DNA of 64,000 nt from an uncultured Gemmatimonadota bacterium (GTDB taxonomy: Bacteria > Gemmatimonadota > Gemmatimonadetes > Palauibacterales > Palauibacteraceae), in the NCBI GenBank assembly GCA_913043255.1, contig CAJWLK010000001.1, positions 324,288 to 388,287 on the forward strand. Direction: 5' to 3'. A model generated the notes under the pieces. The model was not told the origin of the DNA and searched no databases. It saw only the letters and a program-made list of their open reading frames with translations. Below, one piece after another: positions 39,402 through 49,646 of the stretch. A program made the translations under genes and the position numbers. Numbering within the stretch: position 1 is the first letter of the stretch; every line of letters starts with the position of its first letter.

Positions 39402-41822
39402 ATGAAAAAACTTGCGACCATCATCCCTCTAGCACTGTTGTTGGGATTCGGCTTAGGGATTTCATCCGAACCACCGGTATTCAGACCAGGCAGTCTTAGC
39501 GCACGAGAGTTTTCTCCAGATACGCTTCCCCAAACAATCGTCAGGGAAGTGTGCTCCCAGTGTCATAACGATCAACGCCTACGAGGGAACCTTTCGCTCG
39601 AAACTTTCAACGTGGAAACGGCCGACACCCAGCCGGAAATTTCTGAAAAAATGATCCGAAAACTGAGGGCTGGGATGATGCCTCCGCCTGGTGTACGTCG
39701 ACCAACCGAAGCCAACCTTCTTGACCTCGTGGAGGCACTAGAAGCACGAGTAGATGCCCGTGCCTCTGTGCAACCAAACCCGGGGCATCGAAGTTCTCAA
39801 CGACTTAACCGATCAGAATATGAGCGATCAATTAAGGACTTGCTCGGAATCGACATTGATGCTTCCGCCTATCTTCCTAACGAGACGGTCAGTGCAGGAT
39901 TCGACAACATAGCTGACGTACAAGATCTCTCGGCGACGTTAATCAACGGTTACCTGACTGCCGCAAGCGAGATTAGTCGGATAGCTCTCGGAGACCCCGA
40001 CGCAACACCGAGCGAAACGGAATACGAGGTGCCACGGTATGCAGAGCAACGTCAGCACGTTGAAGGGGCACCAATCGGCACACGGGGAGGTCTCTCAATT
40101 GTCCATAATTTCGTAGCAGACGGCGAATACCTGTTTCGTATTGCATTCCAGCATGAATCGACCGGAAACTTTTTCGGTCAAACAACCCCATTTGATGAAC
40201 AAGTCGAACTCTCTATCGACGGCGAACGCCGAGCATTGATGGACATCGATCGTTGGATGCACCGTCAGGATCCGGATGGCGTTCAGATCGAAACGGGGCC
40301 AATAGCAGTGACAGCTGGGCCACATCGAGTCTCGGCAGCTTTCATCAAACGGTTTGACGGACCCTTGGATGATCTGATGTCTCCGCATGAATGGAGCCTC
40401 GCAGATAAAAAGATTGGGTATTCACACGGCATTACAGTCGTAGCACATCTGCGAGACCTTACAATTCGAGGGCCTTTCCGAGTTACTGGAGCCTCTGATA
40501 TATCGAGCCGTAGGCAGATCATGACCTGCGAACCAGAGTCTCCCGATGAAAGTCGCGCTTGTGCTCAAACAATCATTGAGCGGCTTGCGACCCAGGCTTA
40601 TCGGCGTCCATTGAATACAGAGGACATAGAACCGCTTCTCACGCTATATGAGTTAGGGGCGGAGGACGATGGTTTTGAAGCTGGGGTCCGTACAGCACTT
40701 CAGGGAATACTTGCCAGCCCCGACTTTGTATTCCGGTTTGAAAAACCTCCCACAACAGGGCAGGAGGAAGACACCTATCGAATCTCCGACCTCGACCTAG
40801 CATCACGGCTCTCGTTCTTCTTGTGGGCCATGCCTCCGGATAAAGAACTAATTGAGGCCGCTCGGACCGGACAACTATCCGAAATCGAAGGTCGTACAGC
40901 ACAGGTCCGACGCATGCTCGCCGATCCTCGAGCTGAGGCACTCGGTTCTAGGTTCGCTGATCAGTGGTTTCGATTGCAGGACCTCGATAAAGTTCACCCA
41001 GACGCAATTCGCTTCCCCGACTTCTACCAACAGCTTGCGGACGACATGCGCCGCGAGACCCAGCTCTTTTTCGAACACTTAGTCCGGGAAGACCGACCAT
41101 TTTTCGAGTTGTTCACTGCGGGCTATACATTCGTAAACGAACGACTCGCGCGGCATTATGGGATGGAGAACATTTCTGGAACACACTTCCGCTTGGCTCA
41201 ATATCCAGATGAGAGTCGGCGTGGCATTCTGGGACATGCGAGTATACTTACGCAGACCTCACATGCAAATCGTACATCCCCAGTGTTACGTGGGAAGTGG
41301 GTGATGGAAGTACTGTTCGGGACTCCTCCTCCTCCCCCACCACCGGACATACCCGACCTCGAAGCTACCGTAGAATCAGAAGCGGGCCGATTTCTTACTA
41401 TACGTGAGCGAATGGAGATGCACCGAAAAAGCCCTGCGTGTCGCTCGTGCCACCGTGTTATCGATCCACTTGGCCTGGCGTTAGAGAACTTTGACGTAAC
41501 TGGTGCGTGGCGCATTAAAGACCAAGGACAAGTGGTCGACCCGACGGGTGAACTATATGACGGCACGTCGATGAACGGCCCCGTGGATCTCCGGGCAGCC
41601 CTCTTACGCCGTCCAGAGTCATTGGTTCGGACGTTCCTCGAAAATCTGCTGGCCTACGGACTCGGGCGTCGCATTGAATATTTTGACATGCCAACAATCA
41701 GAGCAATCGCGCGAAAAGCGGAAATGGATGAATATCGGATGTCCGCCTTCATACTGGGGGTCGTAAACAGTCCAGCTTTCCTCATGAATCGACGCGAGGC
41801 CATGGTCGAACAAGGCGGGTAA
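39402..41822 (+). CDS. DUF1592-type (PSCyt/PSD domains) exported c-type cytochrome
   Basis: Signal peptide; CSQCH and CRSCH haem motifs; MPP, RLNRSEY, GFDN, LASRLSFFLW, TSPVLRGKWV, PPPPP, ENFD..GAWR. Confidence 0.88.
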   Translation: MKKLATIIPLALLLGFGLGISSEPPVFRPGSLSAREFSPDTLPQTIVREVCSQCHNDQRLRGNLSLETFNVETADTQPEISEKMIRKLRAGMMPPPGVRRPTEANLLDLVEALEARVDARASVQPNPGHRSSQRLNRSEYERSIKDLLGIDIDASAYLPNETVSAGFDNIADVQDLSATLINGYLTAASEISRIALGDPDATPSETEYEVPRYAEQRQHVEGAPIGTRGGLSIVHNFVADGEYLFRIAFQHESTGNFFGQTTPFDEQVELSIDGERRALMDIDRWMHRQDPDGVQIETGPIAVTAGPHRVSAAFIKRFDGPLDDLMSPHEWSLADKKIGYSHGITVVAHLRDLTIRGPFRVTGASDISSRRQIMTCEPESPDESRACAQTIIERLATQAYRRPLNTEDIEPLLTLYELGAEDDGFEAGVRTALQGILASPDFVFRFEKPPTTGQEEDTYRISDLDLASRLSFFLWAMPPDKELIEAARTGQLSEIEGRTAQVRRMLADPRAEALGSRFADQWFRLQDLDKVHPDAIRFPDFYQQLADDMRRETQLFFEHLVREDRPFFELFTAGYTFVNERLARHYGMENISGTHFRLAQYPDESRRGILGHASILTQTSHANRTSPVLRGKWVMEVLFGTPPPPPPPDIPDLEATVESEAGRFLTIRERMEMHRKSPACRSCHRVIDPLGLALENFDVTGAWRIKDQGQVVDPTGELYDGTSMNGPVDLRAALLRRPESLVRTFLENLLAYGLGRRIEYFDMPTIRAIARKAEMDEYRMSAFILGVVNSPAFLMNRREAMVEQGG

Positions 41823-41840
41823 GCAAGGAGATCGCAGACG

Positions 41841-43229
41841 ATGGAAGTCATAATTGGAAAACACATACCACGTCGTACGTTTTTACAAGGTATCGGAGCC
41901 ACGATCGCGCTTCCCTTCCTCGATGCGATGATTCCGGCGGGGCGCTTGTCGGGGCTAAGTGCGGCGATCGATCCCACTCGCCTCATATGTATTGAAATGG
42001 TACATGGGGCTGCGGGCAGTTCTCAGTACGGCGCTTCCCGTAACCTATGGTCACCTGCAAGTACGGGACGAAATTTCGATTTGGCCCCGACTGCACTCAG
42101 CTCACTCGAGCCGTTCCGAAAGTATCTAACCATCGTTTCCGATACCGATGTGAGCTCCGCAGAGGCAACCAAACCTCAAGAAATTGGTGGAGATCATTTC
42201 CGCTCAAGTGCAACTTTTTTGACACAGTCCCACCCCCGGCAAACTGAGGGTTCGGATATTTATGTAGGGACGTCAATGGATCAGTTATACGCAGCGCAAT
42301 TTGGGCAAGAGACACCTATCCCATCGATGCAACTCTGTATAGAAAACGTAGACCAATCAGGTGGCTGCGCATACGGTTATGCGTGCGTCTACACGGACAC
42401 AATCAGCTGGAAATCCCCCACGGAACCACTACCGATGATTCGGGATCCGCGCGTCGCATTTGACCAGCTGTTCGGGGCGGGCGGGAGTGCTGAGGAACGC
42501 GCAATCCGACGACGTGCTAACAAGAGCGTGCTAGACTTCATAGCCGATAGAGTACGCGAACTTAAGCGTGAACTTGGCCCGGACGATTCGAGACGAATCG
42601 ACCGATACCTAGAGAGCGTACGGGAAATTGAACGTAGGATTGAGATGGTCGAGATACAGAATAGTAATGGGGAACTGCGAGAGCTTCCAGAAGCACCAGC
42701 CGGCGTCCCTGATTCCTTTGAGGAACACGTGAAGCTGATGTTTGATTTACAGGTGCTCGCATTCGCTTCTGATATGACTCGTGTATTCTCCTTTAAGCTT
42801 GGTCGTGACTCTTCCGCACGAGTATTCCCTGAGAGTGGCGTGGACAAACCATTCCATCCAACCTCCCACCACGGAGGAAACGAAAAAAACATCGAAGACT
42901 TTGCACGGATCAACCGATACCATGTGAGCATGATTCCATACCTATTGGGCCGTTTAGAGGACACAATGGAAGGTGATACTCACCTGCTCGATAAGACGAT
43001 GATCATATATGGTTCGCCAATGGGAGATCCGAACGTACATAACCACAAACGCTGCCCCCTTTTCATAGCAGGAGGCGCGAATGGAAAACTAGACGGTGGC
43101 ATTCATGTTCGAGCGAAACCGGACACTCCGATGGCGAACGTGATGTTGACACTGATGCACACACTTGGGCTTGAAGAAATGGCAAGGTTTGGTGATAGCA
43201 CCAAACCTTTTTCACTAAATACCTGGTGA
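41841..43229 (+). CDS. DUF1552 family Tat-exported protein
   Basis: RRTFLQGIGATIALPFLDAM, SMDQ, CAYGYACVY, HPTSHH, HNH. Confidence 0.88.
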   Translation: MEVIIGKHIPRRTFLQGIGATIALPFLDAMIPAGRLSGLSAAIDPTRLICIEMVHGAAGSSQYGASRNLWSPASTGRNFDLAPTALSSLEPFRKYLTIVSDTDVSSAEATKPQEIGGDHFRSSATFLTQSHPRQTEGSDIYVGTSMDQLYAAQFGQETPIPSMQLCIENVDQSGGCAYGYACVYTDTISWKSPTEPLPMIRDPRVAFDQLFGAGGSAEERAIRRRANKSVLDFIADRVRELKRELGPDDSRRIDRYLESVREIERRIEMVEIQNSNGELRELPEAPAGVPDSFEEHVKLMFDLQVLAFASDMTRVFSFKLGRDSSARVFPESGVDKPFHPTSHHGGNEKNIEDFARINRYHVSMIPYLLGRLEDTMEGDTHLLDKTMIIYGSPMGDPNVHNHKRCPLFIAGGANGKLDGGIHVRAKPDTPMANVMLTLMHTLGLEEMARFGDSTKPFSLNTW

Positions 43230-43236
43230 TCGCAAG

Positions 43237-45015
43237 ATGCATATAAGCATGCGAATCCGGACTTTCATAACCGCTTTCCTAATAAGTGTTTGGGCCTCGG
43301 AAGCCGCATCTTATAATGACCCGGATGTATCTGAGACTCCACTTGCCGATGCTGCTATGCGTGGCGATGTGACAAGTGTCCAACGACTTCTTGAAGCGGG
43401 TGTTAATGTAAACGAAGCTCAGGGTGATGGTATGACCGCACTTCACTGGGCTGCTCGCAATTCCGATGCTCAGCTGGCAGAGCTTTTGGTCTCAGAGGGG
43501 TCTAGGGTCAATACGGTTACGAGGATTGGAGCGTACACTCCCCTCCATCTCGCCAGTCAAGTCGGGAATGCCGAAATCATCAAAATCTTACTGGGAGCAG
43601 GAAGTCTCCTACAACCGACAAGTAACTCGGTAGGCGGAACGATGCCCCTGCACTTTGCAGCTGCGTCGGGGAGCGTCGGTGCGGTACGTGCACTCCTTAA
43701 TGCTGGCGCACAACCAAATGTGATCGAAGCCACATGGGGTCAAACCCCGCTTATGTTCGGAGCAGCTAAGGGACGGACTGATGTCGTTCGTGTTCTACTT
43801 GAAGGCGGGGCGAACCCAGCCATCACGACCAAAGTCACAAACATCGCAGCCAAAGCAGAACAAGCACAGGAAGAACGACGAGCTCGGAATGCACGTATTC
43901 GAAAAACACCACCCACGGGCCAAAACTTACTAGGACAGACTGGAGTAAAGGCAGGTCAAGTTGAGCAACTTCTAACTATTGAGGAGCAGGAAGAATACGA
44001 TCGACCAATTGAAGAGCCTGAACCCCTTAGTTATGGCCAATTGATCGGAAGGCATGGAGGTATGACCGCCCTGCTCCACGCTGCCCGTGAAGGTCATATC
44101 GGCACAGGGATGGCACTCCTAGATGGCGGCGCAGACATTAATCAGACAAGTGGAAGTGACCGGACCAGTCCGATGTTGATGGCAATGATTAACGGGCACT
44201 TTGATATGGCCATACAACTCTTGAGGCGTGGAGCAGACCCTACGGTCGCATCTGAGGCGGGTGCAACACCACTTTACGCAGCAATCAACGCTCAGTGGTC
44301 ACCAAAATCACGTTACCCGCAACAACACGCGTCCCAACAACAAAAGGTGACCTATCTAGAGGTAATGCAAAGATTATTAGAAGCTGGTGTCAACCCAAAT
44401 GTAAAGCTCAAAAAGCACCTGTGGTGGATGTCGTTCAACTTCGATCTTCTTCAAATCGATACCAAAGGAGCCACACCATTTTGGCGCGCAGCCTACGGAC
44501 TAGATGTGAATGCTATGCGCCTTCTTGTTTCGTATGGCGCCGATCCAAACATCGCTACGGAAAAAGTCCCACCGCGACGCAGGCCGGTGTGGGACCAGGA
44601 GAGTAAAGACCTGTCGGGGTTCCCTCCAACCCCGATCGGAGGGCCAGCCGACTACCCTATTCACGCAGCATCTGGAATCGGCTATGGACAAGGTTTCCCG
44701 AGTAATGCACACCGTTATGTGCCGGATGGTTGGATGGCTTCAGTCAAGTATCTGATTGAAGAACTTGGAGCCGACGCCAATCAACGAGATGACGAGGGCT
44801 ACACGCCACTTCACAATGCCGCTTCTCGAGGAGATGTTGAAATGATCCGTTATCTAGTTGAGCATGGTGCTGACGTCACCGCGGTCAGTCGAGTGGGACA
44901 AACAACAGCTGACATGGCCAACGGACCTTATCAGAGGACGCAACCATTTCCTGAGGCAGTAGCACTCTTAGAAAGTCTAGGATCAAAAAACAACCATAAC
45001 TGCGTGTCTTGCTAA
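43237..45015 (+). CDS. exported ankyrin repeat protein
   Basis: Signal peptide; about ten T(A/P)LHxAA-type repeats; ends NNHNCVSC. Confidence 0.9.
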   Translation: MHISMRIRTFITAFLISVWASEAASYNDPDVSETPLADAAMRGDVTSVQRLLEAGVNVNEAQGDGMTALHWAARNSDAQLAELLVSEGSRVNTVTRIGAYTPLHLASQVGNAEIIKILLGAGSLLQPTSNSVGGTMPLHFAAASGSVGAVRALLNAGAQPNVIEATWGQTPLMFGAAKGRTDVVRVLLEGGANPAITTKVTNIAAKAEQAQEERRARNARIRKTPPTGQNLLGQTGVKAGQVEQLLTIEEQEEYDRPIEEPEPLSYGQLIGRHGGMTALLHAAREGHIGTGMALLDGGADINQTSGSDRTSPMLMAMINGHFDMAIQLLRRGADPTVASEAGATPLYAAINAQWSPKSRYPQQHASQQQKVTYLEVMQRLLEAGVNPNVKLKKHLWWMSFNFDLLQIDTKGATPFWRAAYGLDVNAMRLLVSYGADPNIATEKVPPRRRPVWDQESKDLSGFPPTPIGGPADYPIHAASGIGYGQGFPSNAHRYVPDGWMASVKYLIEELGADANQRDDEGYTPLHNAASRGDVEMIRYLVEHGADVTAVSRVGQTTADMANGPYQRTQPFPEAVALLESLGSKNNHNCVSC

Positions 45016-45223
45016 GAAGATTGTTGGTAGGTAGTGAGCCCACAGCCAAGCTGTACATCCTAGGGCTACGGAAAATGGGTTCACCCGCGAGTTCAAAATG
45101 AGGAGCTTGATCTCAAGAATACCTCTTAGCGAACCTTTATCACTAGTATAACCACACTCGATTACTACTGCGGCTAACATTTACGAGCTGCTGACACCAC
45201 GAAAGATCTCTGATCTCGTAAAC

Positions 45224-47182
45224 ATGATTTCGGTATCCGGACTCAAGAAGTCTTTTGGCGACCAAACACTATTCCAAGATGTGTCGTTCTTACTCAACCC
45301 AGGAGAGTGCTACGGGCTCGTGGGTGCGAACGGATCTGGGAAAACCACTCTCCTCAATATCCTGAGCGGTGAGGAAGATCCAACCGAAGGATCCGTCACC
45401 CTACCAAAGCGTCTCAACCTAGGGATTCTCCGTCAAGACCAGTTTTTGTATGAAGACGAAGAGATCTTAGGTGTCGCTATGCGGGGCAACTTGGAGTTGT
45501 GGCAAGCCATGGTTGAGAAGGAAGCTCTAATCGCCGAAGATGGTAGAAGCTTCGATGCAGATCGATTCTCTGAACTTGAGGAAATCGTACAGCGGCATGA
45601 CGGATATTCCGCCGAAGCCCGTGCTAGCGAAATTCTCGAAGGACTCGGATTCTCTACCGAAATTCACCGACGGACCTTATCCACACTATCAGGCGGATTC
45701 AAACTTCGCGTCCTACTTGCTCAAGCGCTGGCGAGTTCACCCGACGTTTTGTTGTTAGACGAGCCCACAAACCACCTCGACATCCTCTCCATCCGATGGT
45801 TGGAAAAGTTTCTGCGAGATTTTAATGGGCCAGTAGTGGTCATTTCACACGACCACCGGTTCCTAGATAATGTGTCGACACACATACTGGACGTCGATTA
45901 CGAAACAGTCCTGCTCTTCAAGGGGAACTACACCAATTTCCTAAATAATAAACAGACTGAACGTGAACGGCGTGAAAAAGAAATCGCCACTCGTGAAAGA
46001 GAGATTGCACATCACCGACAGTTTGTGGATCGGTTCCGTGCTAAGGCCAGCAAGGCTCGTCAAGCGCAGAGCAAATTACGGCTCATAGAGAAGAAGGCGG
46101 CAAGCCTTGAAGTGCTAGCTGAAAGCTCACGTCGATACCCAATGTTTCGATTTGAACAGCAGCGCTCATCCGGCCAACAGGTACTCGACATTACCGGGAT
46201 AAAAAAGGCGTTCGCTGATAATGAAGTGCTGCATGGGGTCAACTTGACGGTGAACCGCGGAGATCGCCTCGCAATCATGGGGCCTAATGGCATCGGAAAA
46301 TCGACTTTACTCAAGATTGTCATGCAAGAACTTGAAGCCGATGCTGGCACGGTCGAGTGGGGGTACGAAACCCATCCTAGCTACTTTGCACAAGACCACA
46401 AAGAGCATTTTGAAGCACAAAAACATAGCGCCGAAGATTGGATCACGGGGTTCTGTTCCGGCCAAACAACCGGGTTCATCAGGGGTGAAATGGGCCGAGT
46501 GCTTTTTTCCGGAGACGACGCCAAAAAACCGCTTCGCGCTCTATCCGGTGGCGAAGCCGCACGACTTGTATTCTGCCGTATCGCGATAGAGCGGCCCAAT
46601 GTGCTCGTCCTCGATGAGCCTACCAATCATTTGGACCTCGAGTCGATCGAGTCACTCGTCGAAGGGCTTATAAGCTTTGACGGAACGCTTGTATTTGTTT
46701 CACACGACCGTTGGCTGGTATCGCAACTCGCAACCCGAATTATCGAAATCACTGAAGACGGGATACGTGATTATCAAGGGACGTATGAGGACTACGTTCA
46801 CTTTTGTGGAGACGATCATCTCGACGTCGATTCAGTGGTTCTCAAGGCTCGTAAGGAGAAGCGAGCAGCTAAAGCAAATACGAAAAACAATCGACGTCGC
46901 AAGAGGGCGGGAAAACCAACGCGAAGCGGCCAGAATGCCTACAAGGGGCAACACCTCAGTGAACGCCGTGATAAGCTTACCGCACAGATCGAGGACTGTG
47001 AGACTCGCCTCGCAGAAATCGATGAAAAGTTCAGTGATCCAAAGTTTTACGAAGTGACCTCTCGCGAAGAGATTCGTCGAATCGAGTCTGAGCGCAGCAT
47101 CCAGAAATCTGACGTCGATAAACTATTGACGGAATGGGAAGAAATAGAAAAGCAACTAGCCGACCTAAAATCTTCAAGCTAG
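45224..47182 (+). CDS. ABC-F family ATPase (ribosome-associated) with C-terminal coiled coil
   Basis: Two NBDs (GANGSGKT, LSGG, LDEPTNHLD; GPNGIGKS, LSGGE, LDEPTNHLD), KASKARQAQS linker, no TM domain. Confidence 0.92.
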   Translation: MISVSGLKKSFGDQTLFQDVSFLLNPGECYGLVGANGSGKTTLLNILSGEEDPTEGSVTLPKRLNLGILRQDQFLYEDEEILGVAMRGNLELWQAMVEKEALIAEDGRSFDADRFSELEEIVQRHDGYSAEARASEILEGLGFSTEIHRRTLSTLSGGFKLRVLLAQALASSPDVLLLDEPTNHLDILSIRWLEKFLRDFNGPVVVISHDHRFLDNVSTHILDVDYETVLLFKGNYTNFLNNKQTERERREKEIATREREIAHHRQFVDRFRAKASKARQAQSKLRLIEKKAASLEVLAESSRRYPMFRFEQQRSSGQQVLDITGIKKAFADNEVLHGVNLTVNRGDRLAIMGPNGIGKSTLLKIVMQELEADAGTVEWGYETHPSYFAQDHKEHFEAQKHSAEDWITGFCSGQTTGFIRGEMGRVLFSGDDAKKPLRALSGGEAARLVFCRIAIERPNVLVLDEPTNHLDLESIESLVEGLISFDGTLVFVSHDRWLVSQLATRIIEITEDGIRDYQGTYEDYVHFCGDDHLDVDSVVLKARKEKRAAKANTKNNRRRKRAGKPTRSGQNAYKGQHLSERRDKLTAQIEDCETRLAEIDEKFSDPKFYEVTSREEIRRIESERSIQKSDVDKLLTEWEEIEKQLADLKSSS

Positions 47183-47282
47183 GTCCCAAGCTCTACATCC
47201 ATATGGTCGGAGGAACTAGCAAAAAACCAAGGGAATAAGGCCACATATAAAAAGCCATAGCCCGGGGCTTCTCAGACTCTAG

Positions 47283-49646
47283 CTAACCCCGGAGTGGCCA
47301 TATCAGAGGGAGAACGAACACGACAAGCAACAACATCAACAAAAACAAAGGCGCACCAACGCGCGTGTAGTCAGTCACCTTATAACCACCAACTCCCATC
47401 ACAAGCAGGTTTACAGCGTGACCAAACGGGCTCAGAAAAGCGCACGAAGACCCAACGGCCACGACCATTAAAAGTGCATGTGGTGAGATCGAAAGCTCTG
47501 CGGCAGTACTAAGAGCAATTGGCGACATGAGCACGGCCACCGCTGAAGTTGGAACGACCTGAGCCGCAAGTCCACAAATGAGGAAGAGGCTCGCAATGAG
47601 TACACGCGGACCAACTCCTCCTGCTTGTCCTAAAACCTCTCGCGCAATCAATTCTGCGGTCCCGGATTCGCTCATAGCTAACCCGAGGGCAAGCATACCA
47701 CCGATCAGAACTATCACACGCCACTCTATAAGTCCGTAGACTTCATTCCCCTTAATACATCCGGCGAATACAATCAGAAGAGCACCAGCTAGTGCAGCAA
47801 TGTGCACCGGTAAAACATTAAGCCATGCGACGATAATAACAGAGCCCATAATGAGCGCCGCGACAGGCGCCTTCTTAACACGGAAAACTTCGCGAAGCTC
47901 AGCGGTCAGAACGAGGAAACGGGGGTCACGAGCGAGGAGAGCAAGTTTTTCGCGCTGGCCATAAACTAAAAGAGCATCCCCAAATTCGAGAGCCAGTCGT
48001 CTCATACGGACATTCGAATGAAATCCTTCACCCGCCCGCCAAATTGAGAGCAGTGTCAACCCATACGACTCTCGGAAGAAAATGTCCCGTAACGTCTTAC
48101 CCACAAGCGCAGAACTGGGAGCGAGCGTAACCTCAGCGAACCCCACATCCGTCGACTCTAGTTCACGGAGTGAAGGGTGGTCGTCTATGATTTCGAGCTC
48201 CTGCAGGGCCTCAAGAACGTCGTACCCTTTTCGCCTTCCCTCCACGATCATCATATCACCTGATCGCAACTCGTCGGTCGCCGAAGGTAAAATGATGCTT
48301 TCACCCTCGCGTTTGATCTCAAGAACCGAAAGATCGAATGCAAGGTTGAGTCGTGCCTCCTTCAGAGTGGTACCGTCTAGCGCAGAGTCAGGAGGTATGT
48401 CCAACCGCATAAGCCAGCGGTGTAACTCATACTCTTGAGTAGCTTTTCCTACATCCGTCCAGTGAAGTGCACAGAATTCGTTGGCATAACGAAGCTGTTG
48501 AAGCTGATCCTCTCGGCCAAGCAATAAGAGGGTGTCACCAGCCTCGAGATCCATCGTGGGAAAAGTGCTAGAGTGCAGTTGGCCATTTCGTTTGAAACCC
48601 ACGATGTGAGCTCTAAACCGGTTACGAAAGTCCAGTCCTCGTACGGTGTTTCCAATCAATACTGAGTCTTTGGCAATCTCAACTTCAATTAAGGCTGTCG
48701 AGTCCTCAACGAGGCGCCACAGGGCGGCTTCCGAGTTGGCCGCACCCTCAAGACGGCCCCAATTACAAATTGTTTGAAGAGCCTCAACCCGTCCTTCGAC
48801 AATGATCACATCCCCACACTCAAGCACAAAAGTTGGGTCGGGAGATCGCCGCAGGTGACCCTCGCGCCTGACTGCAAGAACGTTCAATCCCAAAGCGCGA
48901 CCCAAGCGTGCCTCCACAAGCGTTAAACCCTCAAGTGCTGACCCTTCCGGCAGCCTAAGTGAGAACAAGGTCTCTTGGAGTTTATATCGCCCTCGAAGGT
49001 TGACTTCTTCACTGGCATCTTCTTGGTCAGTCGGACGATCCGGGAGTAATCGTCGACCAACAACAACCATGTAAAAGATCCCGACAACAAGGGCAACCGC
49101 CCCAACGGGAGTGAAGTCAAACATGGCGAACGAACCCAGTCCGGCCCCATTTAGGGCTCCTGATATGAGGATGTTCGGACCTGTCCCGATAAGTGTGGTC
49201 ATCCCACCGAGGAGCGCCGCAAATGAAAGAGGAATTAACAGACGTGAAGGCTGAAGCCGCAGCCGGCGCGCAATATCCAGCACTACGGGTAATAGGAGTG
49301 CGGTGGCTGCGATGTTATTCATGATACCCGAAACCAAGCCTACAGTGAGCATCATGAGAGCTGTTACGCGAAGAGGAGACTCGCCCGCCAATCGCATCAC
49401 TTGATGGCCGACGAGGTTTGCAACACCCGTTTTGTATAATCCTCCACTCAAAACGAGCACTGCCGCGATGGTTACGACAGCAGGATTTGCGAAACCTTCG
49501 ATCGCACGGTCCATAGGGACCACACCAGTGAAGGCAAGTAAAAGTAGTACCACCACGGCAACCCCGTCGTACCGAACCCACTCAGTGACGAACAGCAAAA
49601 CTGCTATCCCGATGATCACAAGGACGAGGAACATATCCATCGTCAT
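47283..49646 (-). CDS. SLC13/DASS permease with multiple TrkA-C (RCK_C) domains
   Basis: MNNIAAT, LGGMTTLIGTGPN, AFLSPFGHAVNLLV; four repeats resembling S.L.G.TL....l...GD. Confidence 0.88.
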   Translation of the reverse strand: MTMDMFLVLVIIGIAVLLFVTEWVRYDGVAVVVLLLLAFTGVVPMDRAIEGFANPAVVTIAAVLVLSGGLYKTGVANLVGHQVMRLAGESPLRVTALMMLTVGLVSGIMNNIAATALLLPVVLDIARRLRLQPSRLLIPLSFAALLGGMTTLIGTGPNILISGALNGAGLGSFAMFDFTPVGAVALVVGIFYMVVVGRRLLPDRPTDQEDASEEVNLRGRYKLQETLFSLRLPEGSALEGLTLVEARLGRALGLNVLAVRREGHLRRSPDPTFVLECGDVIIVEGRVEALQTICNWGRLEGAANSEAALWRLVEDSTALIEVEIAKDSVLIGNTVRGLDFRNRFRAHIVGFKRNGQLHSSTFPTMDLEAGDTLLLLGREDQLQQLRYANEFCALHWTDVGKATQEYELHRWLMRLDIPPDSALDGTTLKEARLNLAFDLSVLEIKREGESIILPSATDELRSGDMMIVEGRRKGYDVLEALQELEIIDDHPSLRELESTDVGFAEVTLAPSSALVGKTLRDIFFRESYGLTLLSIWRAGEGFHSNVRMRRLALEFGDALLVYGQREKLALLARDPRFLVLTAELREVFRVKKAPVAALIMGSVIIVAWLNVLPVHIAALAGALLIVFAGCIKGNEVYGLIEWRVIVLIGGMLALGLAMSESGTAELIAREVLGQAGGVGPRVLIASLFLICGLAAQVVPTSAVAVLMSPIALSTAAELSISPHALLMVVAVGSSCAFLSPFGHAVNLLVMGVGGYKVTDYTRVGAPLFLLMLLLVVFVLPLIWPLRG

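Noticed and set aside
41325-41345. CCT/CCN run resembling a microsatellite
   Set aside because: Encodes the poly-proline motif expected in this protein family.
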